Virus record (IMG/VR): IMGVR_UViG_2526164619_000005
Span: 1 to 12,767 of that record
Reading direction: 5' to 3' (one strand)
DNA length: 12,767 bases
From: a virus
Taxonomy: Duplodnaviria > Heunggongvirae > Uroviricota > Caudoviricetes
The number at the start of each line of letters is the position of its first letter. Within the stretch, counting starts at the first letter, position 1. Positions 1 through 7,767 of this stretch are shown here, piece by piece. The position numbers and the translations under genes are program-made. The notes below the pieces were generated by a model, which ran no database searches, was not told where the DNA came from, and was given only the letters and a program-made list of their open reading frames with translations.

Positions 1-244
1 AATATATCTCGCTCAAGGCGAGCTTCATTTAACGCCTTACGCAGTTGCAGAATTTCAGATTCCAGTTCAGCCACCGTGCGGGAACCAGGAGTACCGAGCC
101 CTTTTCTGGCGGCGGTAACCCATTGTCCTAAAGTGCCTTCAGGAAGGGATAATCGGGAAGCGCCTTCACTGATCGAAAGTTGATTTTCAAGAACCGTTCT
201 GACAGCTTCGGCTTTGAACTCTTTAGAGTAACGTTGGTTTTTTC
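1..244 (-). mobile_element. Partial IS3-family (IS600-like) copy: orfA codons 3-86 on the minus strand, cut by the window edge and by the IS66-family element at 244/245
   Basis: Reverse complement of 1-244 matches 8219-8462 (orfA of the complete copy) base for base as far as I could compare by eye; the match stops exactly where GTAAGCG begins at 245. Confidence 0.85.
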
Positions 245-330
245 GTAAGCGTAAACTGACCGCCGTATGTAGCCATTAAGCCTGTATTGGTAACGTAGGT
301 GCCCACCTTTTCAACTAGTGGACACCTGTT

Positions 331-751
331 ATGGAACAGAAAGCATTATCTGCAGAACCCCGCAGATCATTTTCAAATGAGTTTAAACTTCAAATGGTTA
401 AACTGGCTTCACAACCAGGAGCCTCTGTTGCCCGTATTGCCCGGGGAACACGATATCAATGATAACCTGCTGTTCAAATGGCTCAGGCTCTGGCAGAACA
501 AAGGGCGCATATCGCGGCGTCTTCCGGTAACAACCTCTTCTGACACTGGCGTTGAATTATTACCTGTGGAGATAACGCCGGATGAGCCGAAAGAACCGGT
601 GGCTGCTCTTACTCCGTCTTTATCTACTCAGACTACAGTTAGTGCCAGCTCCTGCAAGGTGGAGTTCCGTCACGGTAACATGACGCTGGAAAATCCTTCA
701 CCAGAGCTGCTCACAGTGTTGATCCGTGAACTGACCGGGAGGGGACGATGA
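331..751 (+). pseudogene. IS66-family orfA (accessory helix-turn-helix protein), frameshifted
   Basis: ATG at 331 opens a reading frame giving MEQKALSAEPRRSFSNEFKLQMVKLASQPGASVARIAR, which hits a stop at 460-462. The protein continues in the +1 frame (EHDINDNLLFKWLRLWQNKGRISRR... to 751). The switch sits at a run of four G at 443-446, consistent with one extra G. Confidence 0.7.
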
Positions 752-1098
752 TCTCACTCCCGTCAGGCACCCGCATCTGGCTCGTTGCTGGGATAACCGA
801 TATGCGTAAGTCTTTCAACGGGCTGGGTGAACAGGTACAGCATGTGCTGAATGATAATCCCTTCTCCGGTCACCTGTTCATCTTCCGTGGCCGACGGGGT
901 GACATGATTAAAATCCTGTGGGCTGATGCTGATGGTCTGTGCCTGTTCACCAGACGCCTGGAGGAAGGCCAGTTTATCTGGCCTGCTGTGCGTGACGGCA
1001 AGGTATCCATTACCCGCTCGCAACTGGCAATGCTCCTCGATAAGCTGGACTGGCGTCAGCCAAAAACATCCCGCCTTAACGCACTGACAATGTTGTAA
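748..1098 (+). CDS. IS66-family orfB (TnpB-like accessory protein), apparently intact, 116 aa
   Basis: ORF begins MISLPSGTRIWLVAGITDMRKSFNGLGEQV...; its start overlaps the orfA stop (ATGA at 748-751), the usual IS66 arrangement. Confidence 0.8.
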   Translation: MISLPSGTRIWLVAGITDMRKSFNGLGEQVQHVLNDNPFSGHLFIFRGRRGDMIKILWADADGLCLFTRRLEEGQFIWPAVRDGKVSITRSQLAMLLDKLDWRQPKTSRLNALTML

Positions 1099-1128
1099 AA
1101 ATGTCATGGCCGGATTATAAAAACGGCC

Positions 1129-2721
1129 ATGAATCAAAAATACCTCATTCGCATTGCAGAACTGGAATGCCAGCTCCGTCAGAAAGACCAGCAACTGAGT
1201 CTGGTTGAAGAGACGGAGGCCTTCCTGCGCTCTGCACTGGCCCGCGCCGAAGAAAAGATCGAAGAAGATGAACGGGAAATAGAACATCTGCGGGCTCAGA
1301 TAGAAAAACTGCGCCGGATGCTGTTCGGTACCCGTTCTGAAAAACTGCGTCGTGAAGTTGAACAGGCTGAGGCCCTGCTGAAACAAAGCGAACAGGACAG
1401 TGATCGTTACAGTGGGCGGGAAGACGATCCGCAGGTTCCCCGCCAGTTGCGACAGTCTCGTCATCGTCGCCCGTTACCGGAGCATCTGCCCCGCGAAATA
1501 AATCGCCTGGAGCCAGAAGAAAGCTGTTGCCCGGAGTGTGGCGGTGAGCTGGATTATCTGGGGGAAGTCAGCGCAGAACAACTGGAACTGGTGAGCAGCG
1601 CTCTGAAAGTGATCCGCACAGAACGGGTAAAAAAAGCCTGTCCAAAATGTGACTGCATCGTTGAAGCACCGGCACCATCCCGTCCGATAGAGCGTGGTAT
1701 CGCGGGCCCGGGGTTACTTGCCCGCGTGTTAACGGGAAAATACTGCGAACACCTGCCACTGTATCGTCAGAGTGAAATTTTTTGCCCGTCAGGGTGTCGA
1801 ACTGAGCCGTGCATTACTCTCCAACTGGGTTGACGCGTGCTGCCAGTTAATGACGCCGCTGAATGATGCTCTGTACCGTTATGTGATGAACAGCCGCAAA
1901 GTTCACACTGATGACACACCAGTAAAAGTGCTGGCACCGGGCAGGAAGAAGGCGAAAACAGGATATATCTGGACGTATGTCCGGGATGACAGGAATGCCG
2001 GTTCGCCAGAGCCTCCGGCGGTCTGGTTCGCCTACTCACCGGACCATCAGGGTAACATCCGGAGCAGCACCTTAGTCCCTTCCGGGGTATCCTGCAGGCA
2101 GATGCGTTTAATGGTTACGATCGGCTGTTCAGTGCCGAACGAGAAGGCGGCGCGTTGACGGAAGCAGGATGCTGGGCTCATGCGCGGCGCAAAGTCCACG
2201 ATGTATATATCAGTACCAAAAGCGCGACAGCGGAAGAAGCCCTGAAACTAATCGGTGAGCTGTACGCCATCGAGCACGAAATACGCGGGTTGCCGGTGTC
2301 TGAACGCCTGGCGGTCAGGCAAATGCAGAGTAAACTGCTACTGACTTCTCTGTATAAGCTGATGCAGGAGAAAGAACACACGTTATCGAAAAAATGCCGT
2401 CTGAGAGATGCGTTCCGGTATATCAGGAAGCACTGGGTTGCGTTGTGCAACTTCAGTGATGATGGTCTGGCTGAGGCGGATAATAATGCCGCGGAAAGAG
2501 CGCGTCGTGCAGTCTGTCTCGGAAAGAAAAACTTTATGTTCTTCGGCAGCGATCACGGTGGAGAGCGTGGTGCGCTACTGTACGGGCTGATCGGCACCTG
2601 CCGACTGAACGGTATCGATCCGGAAGCGTATCTGCGCTATATCCTGAGCGTACTGCCGGAATGGCCTTCCAACCGTGTTGACGAACTCCTGCCATGGAAC
2701 GTAGCACTCACCAATAAATAA
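1129..2721 (+). pseudogene. IS66-family transposase (orfC/TnpC) broken into three ORFs by two single-base indels
   Basis: Three pieces (1129-1833, 1772-2158, 2155-2721) together read as one transposase (zinc-finger-like CPECGG...CPKCD motif, then ...YIWTYVRDD..., ...AGCWAHARRK...). The frame changes +1 at a run of six T (1778-1783) and returns at a two-A site (2054-2055, ggtaacatcc). Confidence 0.75.
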
Positions 2722-2809
2722 GCGTCAATACGGTGCTCCGTTGACGCTGATATGACTTTCCGTGTCAAACCGGAATCTCTAATTTTGACGATTTTCTTTT
2801 TAGGTTTAA

Positions 2810-2996
2810 TTCCCTGAGGGCGACGTAGCAGTAAATCCGACGGTGAATCACGCTGATATTCGCGGGTTGGATACCGCATTACAGAGGTCCGTCATATGAG
2901 CCTGCCACTTTCTTACGTCGCGAATCAGCTTTGTTCCGCCGTCGCCAAGCGCTAACGTGGGTTACTCTTGTACCGGGCTACGTCGCCTTCAGGGAA
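2810..2996. repeat. Pair of 20-bp inverted repeats (2810-2829 ttccctgagggcgacgtagc; 2977-2996 gctacgtcgccttcagggaa) flanking a 147-bp spacer
   Basis: The arms are reverse complements with one mismatch. They lie between the IS66 transposase stop and the IS110-family transposase stop; meaning unknown. Confidence 0.5.
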
Positions 2997-3013
2997 CTGG
3001 TTATTCTCATTTT

Positions 3014-4141
3014 TTATTTGTGACATTGTGGTTGTTGTGCGACAGACATTGCTATTCGGCCCATATCCCAGATAAAACCCGCCAGCTCACGTGCAACAGC
3101 AACAATTGTAATATTGACATTCTTTCCTTTGGCCTGAAGTTTTCGATACCTCTTACAAAGCCTGAGTTGAGCATCCCATGCTCTGTCAATGACGGGGCGG
3201 GGTAAATTTTCCTGCCTTTTTTGTATTGCCGGACTGATGCGTGCCGGATGACGGTAACTCCACGCTGCCTCGACCAATAGCTTTCTGGCATAGCTGTTTC
3301 CGGCTTTGGTAATGCTGCCCTGATGTCTGCTTCCACCCGATGAATATTCTGATGGCGTGATACCAAACCATGACATCAGTTGTCGTGGATGTTCAAAACG
3401 GGTCAGATCACCCAGTTCAGAAATTAATCCAACCGCAGTAATAAACTGAATCCCTCGCATGGCTTGCAGCGCCTCTACTACCGGATACAGCCTCCATTCG
3501 GTAACGGCCTCCTTCAGGGCGGATTCCAGCCGTTCACATTGTGCCTGCCGGTCTTCTATTGTACGACGGTGTTCGTCAAAAGCTAATTGTCGCCAGGGAC
3601 TTTCGAATGAGTATTTGCTGAGCCAGCGTCGGTGTGCAGGGCCCCAATCTGCTCGCCCGACATAATGGACCCCATGAACCAGAAGAAACGATTTCAGACG
3701 TTGCCTTGCATGCCGTAAATCATCGCGGGCAGATGCCCATGCCCGGGCCAAATCCCGGAATGCCTCATCTTCAATGCCGGGTACGTAGACAGCAGAAAGA
3801 TCTCCTGCACGCAGTGAACGCACAAGTCTGATGGCATCACGGCGATCGGTTTTAACCCGCTCCCCCGGTTTTTTCGGGATAAGTGAGGGGGCGCAGACCA
3901 TGCAGTCAAAACCGGATTTCACCAGCCGACGATAAAGTCCATAACCACAGGGCCACGCTTCATAAACGATACTGACCTGCGATGACTTTGACCTGAGACG
4001 TTTACAAAGATTCTGAATATCAGTAGGTGATGTGCCAATTTTACCCATCAGTTCAACAGGTTCTGAATTGATAGCATAAGCGACAGTAATCGATTCTTTG
4101 TGAACATCTAACCCGACGTACAATGTGTTATTGTTGTTCAT
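3014..4141 (-). CDS. IS110-family transposase (DEDD type), 375 aa, apparently intact
   Basis: Begins MNNNNTLYVGLDVHKESITVAYA... (IS110 N-terminal motif) and has the family's C-terminal region (...GIQFITAVGLISELGDLTRFEHPRQLMSWFGITPSEYSSGG...). GGAGG ribosome-binding site upstream of the ATG at 4139-4141. The six-frame ORF extends to 4189 but the first ATG with a ribosome-binding site is used here. Element boundaries not determined. Confidence 0.85.
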   Translation of the reverse strand: MNNNNTLYVGLDVHKESITVAYAINSEPVELMGKIGTSPTDIQNLCKRLRSKSSQVSIVYEAWPCGYGLYRRLVKSGFDCMVCAPSLIPKKPGERVKTDRRDAIRLVRSLRAGDLSAVYVPGIEDEAFRDLARAWASARDDLRHARQRLKSFLLVHGVHYVGRADWGPAHRRWLSKYSFESPWRQLAFDEHRRTIEDRQAQCERLESALKEAVTEWRLYPVVEALQAMRGIQFITAVGLISELGDLTRFEHPRQLMSWFGITPSEYSSGGSRHQGSITKAGNSYARKLLVEAAWSYRHPARISPAIQKRQENLPRPVIDRAWDAQLRLCKRYRKLQAKGKNVNITIVAVARELAGFIWDMGRIAMSVAQQPQCHK

Positions 4142-4356
4142 GCTGGCCTCCGTGGTGGAAATACCGGGGTGTAGCAACAGCTCACCCATGCGGCTCTGAC
4201 AACGATGTTAACCCGCGTTAAATATCCCACGTTGGCCAGCATCTGTCTCACGGAAAGTCATACTGCCTTACTATCGTATTGATTGATCTGCATCAAATTA
4301 ACGTAAAAGCAACTTCAGATAATACAAATCAGCAACACTGAATATGGGGAAACATT

Positions 4357-4557
4357 ATGTCATCAAAGAACAGAACCCGCAGAACAACAACCCGCAACAT
4401 CCGATTTCCAAACCCGATGATTGAACAAATTAACATCGCTCTTGATCTGAAAGGTTCAGGAAACTTTTCAGCGTGGGTTATTGAAGCCTGCAGGAGAAGG
4501 CTGGCAACAGATGCAACGCATCTGCGCCCGGCCAGCATGAAAAATAACGAGAAATGA
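4357..4557 (+). CDS. Small YlcI-like protein (DUF3950-type, likely ribbon-helix-helix DNA binding), 66 aa
   Basis: MSSKNRTRRTTTRNIRFPNPMIEQINIALDLKGSGNFSAWVIEACRRRL... resembles, from memory, prophage DLP12 YlcI. GGGGA ribosome-binding site before the ATG. Confidence 0.55.
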   Translation: MSSKNRTRRTTTRNIRFPNPMIEQINIALDLKGSGNFSAWVIEACRRRLATDATHLRPASMKNNEK

Positions 4558-4688
4558 ACGTTCGGTTACAGGAGCAGGTACCCACTGTCCTCCAACAATA
4601 TTTCATCTTCATATCCGACGGAACAAGACTTACCCTGCCGGGATGTACAGAATAACAACAGAGTGATAATTAATTTCTGATGAAATAA

Positions 4689-5015
4689 TCAGGGTGCAGA
4701 AGGACTAAAGATAAACGTTTTCTTCACGCCTTTACACGGCCTGTCCTTCTCAAATCGCCATTTTGCCATCGCCTTTACAACCTGCTCATCAAACAAATGG
4801 TGCGGCTCTGAACGGATAAACTCAATTCGAGTGACAGTACCATCAGCACCAATATCAAACTTCACATCAACCCGTCCCTTTATATAATTTGCCGCTGCAT
4901 AGGCCGGATATTGTGGTAATGCCTTAACCAACTGTCGGGGCATATCTGTTTTATGTTGCGTACAGCCCATAACCAGAGAAGACAACAAAATAATTAACGG
5001 AAGGTTTCTTTTCAT
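4689..5015 (-). CDS. Lipoprotein with a TonB C-terminal-like domain, about 108 aa
   Basis: N-terminus MKRNLPLIILLSSLVMGC has signal-peptide character with a lipobox-like VMGC. The body (PQYPAYAAANYIKGRVDVKFDIGADGTVTRIEFIRSEPHHLFDEQVVKAMAKWRFE) aligns motif by motif with the E. coli TonB C-terminal domain as I recall it. Start could be ATG 5021 or 5015; the ORF track's 5030 start is a GTG. Confidence 0.7.
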   Translation of the reverse strand: MKRNLPLIILLSSLVMGCTQHKTDMPRQLVKALPQYPAYAAANYIKGRVDVKFDIGADGTVTRIEFIRSEPHHLFDEQVVKAMAKWRFEKDRPCKGVKKTFIFSPSAP

Positions 5016-5035
5016 TTTCATTCCCGGCACAGATA

Positions 5036-5078
5036 AGAATAAGTCTTATTCTAACAATGCCACCCTGTCGGTCATCAA
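5036..5078 (-). promoter_or_regulatory. Putative sigma70-type promoter plus perfect palindrome (AGAATAAG-T-CTTATTCT, 5036-5052) upstream of the lipoprotein gene
   Basis: On the minus strand: TTGATG (5073-5078), then TAGAAT (5048-5053) with a 19-nt spacer, longer than optimal. The 8-bp-arm palindrome overlaps the -10 element, as an operator would. Confidence 0.3.
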
Positions 5079-5359
5079 TCCTCTGCTTAATGGCAACGAC
5101 AATTATCCGACTTAAATCACAAATCAGACACATGACATAACAGAGCTTGCGAGGTAACACATCGTCCGGTTTCTTCCACCATCGCACCGGACCAGCGACC
5201 ATGAGGGGACAACGCCGCGCTCCGTTAACGCGGTAAACCCCGGTGTGTATCGTTTTTGATTATCCCCGCACACTCGCGCAGAGGAGTCTCCCGGTCGGGC
5301 TGCGGTCTCTGTTAATGCGGGGATACGGCGACAATACCGCGCATGGTTAATAAGGTCGC

Positions 5360-5583
5360 TCAACACACTGGCTGTAATGCAGCGGATACCATGCGGCATT
5401 TAGCGGCATTCATCGTACACTCAACGGTTAGCTCTTCATTCGTGGCATTCACCTGAAAGGTCCGGGAGTGTAATTGCGTACATTTACCACTGAACGAACC
5501 TTCAACAAGAACACGACCACGCTGCAAAATACGGAACGGAATTGTTCCCTGAAAAGGCTTTACGGTTACCAGTAATTTCTTCA
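5360..5583 (-). CDS. Hypothetical 74-aa protein downstream of Rz
   Basis: ATG at 5581-5583 preceded by a GGAGA ribosome-binding site; MKKLLVTVKPFQGTIPFRILQRGRVLVEGSFSGKCTQLHSRTF.... No family recognised. Confidence 0.4.
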
Positions 5584-5607
5584 TGCATTCTCCGGATAAC
5601 AAAAATA

Positions 5608-6081
5608 CTAGTTAATACACTGAGTGCGGATATATTCCTGCGCCCCTTCCAGTTGCTTCTGCATTGTCATCAACCGCTCTCTGAGGGTGAAATAATCCCG
5701 TTCAGCGGTGTCTGCCAGTCGGGGGCCGGTTGCATTATCCATTCCGGAGGTGCCGGTGGCTTCACGCACGGTACCGGAGCAGGTGGCGTTGATCCGCAGG
5801 CGCTTACGACCAGCGGCAACATCAGCACGCAGAGTTTCATTTTCAGCTCTCGCATCGGCTAATTCCCTTGAGTATCTGGCATCAAGCGCAGCAACATCAC
5901 GCTGGCGCTGCTGCATGTCAGTAATGGTTGCGTTTGCCAGCTCCAGCTCTCTGGCTTTTTTATCGCGCTGCGCTTTGTAGGTGATGGCGTTATCACGGTA
6001 ATGGTCTGTTGCCAGCCACAGCGCACCACAGACCACCAGCAGAATAACGGTAAACGCGGAAAGCATTCGGTTTATGTTCAC
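5608..6081 (-). CDS. Rz: Rz inner-membrane spanin (i-spanin), lambda-like
   Basis: ...[55 protein letters not shown]...[27 protein letters not shown] matches lambda Rz closely from memory. Start is either GTG 6079-6081 or ATG 6064-6066. Confidence 0.85.
   Translation of the reverse strand: MNINRMLSAFTVILLVVCGALWLATDHYRDNAITYKAQRDKKARELELANATITDMQQRQRDVAALDARYSRELADARAENETLRADVAAGRKRLRINATCSGTVREATGTSGMDNATGPRLADTAERDYFTLRERLMTMQKQLEGAQEYIRTQCIN
5670..5840 (-). CDS. Rz1: Rz1 outer-membrane lipoprotein spanin (o-spanin), embedded in Rz in the +1 frame
   Basis: [56 protein letters not shown]: lipobox, proline-rich, same architecture as lambda Rz1. Confidence 0.8.
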   Translation of the reverse strand: MKLCVLMLPLVVSACGSTPPAPVPCVKPPAPPEWIMQPAPDWQTPLNGIISPSESG

Positions 6082-6209
6082 CCCAGCAGCCCCGACGAAG
6101 ACAACATCATCCAGGCCATGGAAAGAAAAAGAGCAACCAGCATTAGTGAAAATGAAATGCCGACAATTACACAGAGGATCTTCGCCAGCGTTATGAGTTT
6201 GTCTGACAT
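6078..6209 (-). CDS. 43-aa hydrophobic single-helix membrane peptide
   Basis: [49 protein letters not shown] ribosome-binding site 8 nt upstream; its TGA stop overlaps the GTG start of Rz (GTGA). Confidence 0.45.
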   Translation of the reverse strand: MSDKLITLAKILCVIVGISFSLMLVALFLSMAWMMLSSSGLLG

Positions 6210-6223
6210 GCTTAATCCTCCCT

Positions 6224-6406
6224 TCACGATTTCAACGCAATGACCAGTTTTGCCAGCCCATACAGCATCGGGGACACAGCAACACCGACCGCCACCCACT
6301 TAATGGCAAAAGCCAGTGCTCTGCTGATGTCATCAGTTACAGGCGCTTTCAGTTCAAGGCCGTTTTTCATGGTCAACCTCAACAGAATTCGTTTATACTT
6401 CGCCAT
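6224..6406 (-). CDS. 61-aa small protein with a C-terminal hydrophobic helix
   Basis: [66 protein letters not shown] ribosome-binding site upstream; stop is 14 nt before the 43-aa ORF. Confidence 0.45.
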   Translation of the reverse strand: MAKYKRILLRLTMKNGLELKAPVTDDISRALAFAIKWVAVGVAVSPMLYGLAKLVIALKS

Positions 6407-6432
6407 GTTCTCCCTTGCCTTACTCAAGGTCA

Positions 6433-6467
6433 GAAACACAAAACCCCGCTTGGTGCCAACAAACGGG
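6433..6467 (-). terminator. Rho-independent-type terminator hairpin (minus strand), between endolysin and the small ORFs
   Basis: Minus-strand RNA: 8-bp stem CCCGUUUG/CAAGCGGG (one G-U pair), loop UUGGCAC, then GUUUUGUGUUUC. The plus strand also shows a hairpin followed by TTTTTT (6468-6473). Confidence 0.55.
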
Positions 6468-6604
6468 TTTTTTACTTTTATTCACTTACGTTTCGCCAGT
6501 TCGCAGGATTTCGTGTTATCCGTCCGCGTGCTCATGTCTTATTTTTCAGCAAAATATTCTGCTTATCTGTCGATGTCCCAGCACGCCAGCGCACTTTCCT
6601 GGTC

Positions 6605-7096
6605 TCACCGGGATACCTGACCGTAGCAATTATTTGAGCGGATACGGCAGTCTCTGCCACCGTCCTTAATCCACCAGCGAATCGCTTCGCATGCTCCCCT
6701 GCGGTCACCAGCATTAATCCGTCTGTAAAACGTCGACGGGAAACACTTACCGGGGCCAATGTTATAGGGACAAAATGACGCGATACCCGCTTTCTGGGGT
6801 TCGGTCAGCGGCACTTTAATATTGCGCTCCACCCATGCCAGCGCCTTATCACGCTCAATGGCGTTGACCTGGTCGCATTTTTCCTTCGACAACTTCATGC
6901 CCGGGACGACAGGTTTACTATCCACCAGGATGGCACCGCGGCAGATGGTCCAGATACCCGCGCCATCACGGTATGCCGTGGTGTGGTTACCTTCCTTTTC
7001 ATCCAGAAACTGGTCGAGGATTTCAGGCGCAGGCGCACCTGCGGCAATCAGCGCCAGAACGGCAGCCGACAGGCCGTATTTGATTTTGGTGTTCAT
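6605..7096 (-). CDS. Phage endolysin (lysozyme) of the signal-anchor-release type, RrrD/P21-like
   Basis: N-terminal hydrophobic anchor (MNTKIKYGLSAAVLALIAAGAPAPE) followed by a lysozyme-like body (...EGNHTTAYRDGAGIWTICRG...). Stop is TGA at 6605-6607 (see findings). Confidence 0.85.
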   Translation of the reverse strand: MNTKIKYGLSAAVLALIAAGAPAPEILDQFLDEKEGNHTTAYRDGAGIWTICRGAILVDSKPVVPGMKLSKEKCDQVNAIERDKALAWVERNIKVPLTEPQKAGIASFCPYNIGPGKCFPSTFYRRINAGDRRGACEAIRWWIKDGGRDCRIRSNNCYGQVSR

Positions 7097-7138
7097 GGAT
7101 ATTTATCAGGGTTTATCGATTTCAAATCCCTGGATATG

Positions 7139-7471
7139 TTAAGTCTTCAGAGAACCAGTAATTATTCCCGGTAGTTTTCCTCTGTAGGTTATCAACACAT
7201 CCTGCGCCTCTAAAATTACGGGGCGCTTTTCCGGCAACGGACCATCCCCTTCACATAACCCGGCAGCAACATCCATGAAAAACTGCTTCGCCTGCTTTTT
7301 CGCCTCAGCTTCGTAAAACTCCAGCGTGGCATCTTCAGTACGGTCAAGACTAATCGCCACATCTGGCAACAACAGTGACGGACACCCACCAATTTCCAGT
7401 GCCACAGTAACAGTAATCTTATTCGGGTAATTATTTATCCCTTTAACAACCAGTTCGTATTTTTTCTTCAT
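7139..7471 (-). CDS. Hypothetical 110-aa protein between holin and endolysin (possibly YdfR/DUF1327-like by position)
   Basis: ATG 7469-7471 with GGGGAGAG ribosome-binding site, 4 nt after the holin stop. MKKKYELVVKGINNYPNKITVTVALEIGGCPSLLLPD.... Family assignment is by synteny memory only. Confidence 0.55.
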   Translation of the reverse strand: MKKKYELVVKGINNYPNKITVTVALEIGGCPSLLLPDVAISLDRTEDATLEFYEAEAKKQAKQFFMDVAAGLCEGDGPLPEKRPVILEAQDVLITYRGKLPGIITGSLKT

Positions 7472-7475
7472 CGCT

Positions 7476-7691
7476 TTACTCTCCCCGCGCCGCCTTACGA
7501 CGGTCCTCTCTGATTTTGAAATACAGGTTAGTCAGATATGTCAGCAGCCCAAACAACAGACTCCCCAGCACGCCTATTGCCGCCCACTGAGACGGGGAAA
7601 CCCTGTCCAGCAACTGCAGGAACCAGTAGCCCGTTCCCACCGCAGATGTGGTGTATGACACACCTGTTGTGATTTTTTCCATCTGGTACAT
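7476..7691 (-). CDS. Class II holin (S21-like pinholin) with dual-start motif MYQM
   Basis: [71 protein letters not shown]: S21/EssD-like. Two in-frame ATGs (7689-7691 and 7680-7682) would give 71- and 68-aa forms. Confidence 0.85.
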   Translation of the reverse strand: MYQMEKITTGVSYTTSAVGTGYWFLQLLDRVSPSQWAAIGVLGSLLFGLLTYLTNLYFKIREDRRKAARGE

Positions 7692-7767
7692 ACCCCGTCT
7701 CCCGCAATCCGGAAGCTCACAACAATATAAAGACCACCGGCACACACCGATGGTCCCTTGCGCATGC

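Larger units (their letters stand above)
245..2916 (+). mobile_element. IS66-family insertion sequence (orfA-orfB-orfC organisation)
   Basis: Left end starts GTAAGCGTAAACTGACC at 245, as recalled for IS66-family inverted repeats. Three consecutive ORFs have IS66-like translations. The right end is uncertain: a weak inverse match ends ...CTTAC at 2912-2916, and no 8-bp target duplication is visible (237-244 gttttttc vs 2917-2924 gtcgcgaa). Confidence 0.6.

Noticed and set aside
299-751. GTG-initiated 150-aa ORF offered by the six-frame track as IS66 orfA
   Set aside because: Its first 45 residues look like non-coding translation, whereas the ATG at 331 in another frame gives a clean helix-turn-helix-like N-terminus. 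A frameshift at 443-446 explains it better.
763-1464. 233-aa ORF on the minus strand
   Set aside because: Antisense to IS66 orfB and the transposase, with no independent support; taken as a spurious open frame.
3052-3831. Several 60-105-aa ORFs overlapping the IS110-family transposase on either strand
   Set aside because: Fully embedded in a strongly supported transposase gene; no ribosome-binding sites or recognisable products.
4329-4538. 69-aa minus-strand ORF
   Set aside because: Antisense to the better-supported YlcI-like gene; no ribosome-binding site.
5124-5399. 91-aa ORF on the minus strand
   Set aside because: Composition rich in Arg and Cys typical of non-coding translation; no ribosome-binding site.
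6240-6620. 126-aa plus-strand ORF
   Set aside because: Antisense to the two small ORFs and the terminator; low-complexity product; no start context.
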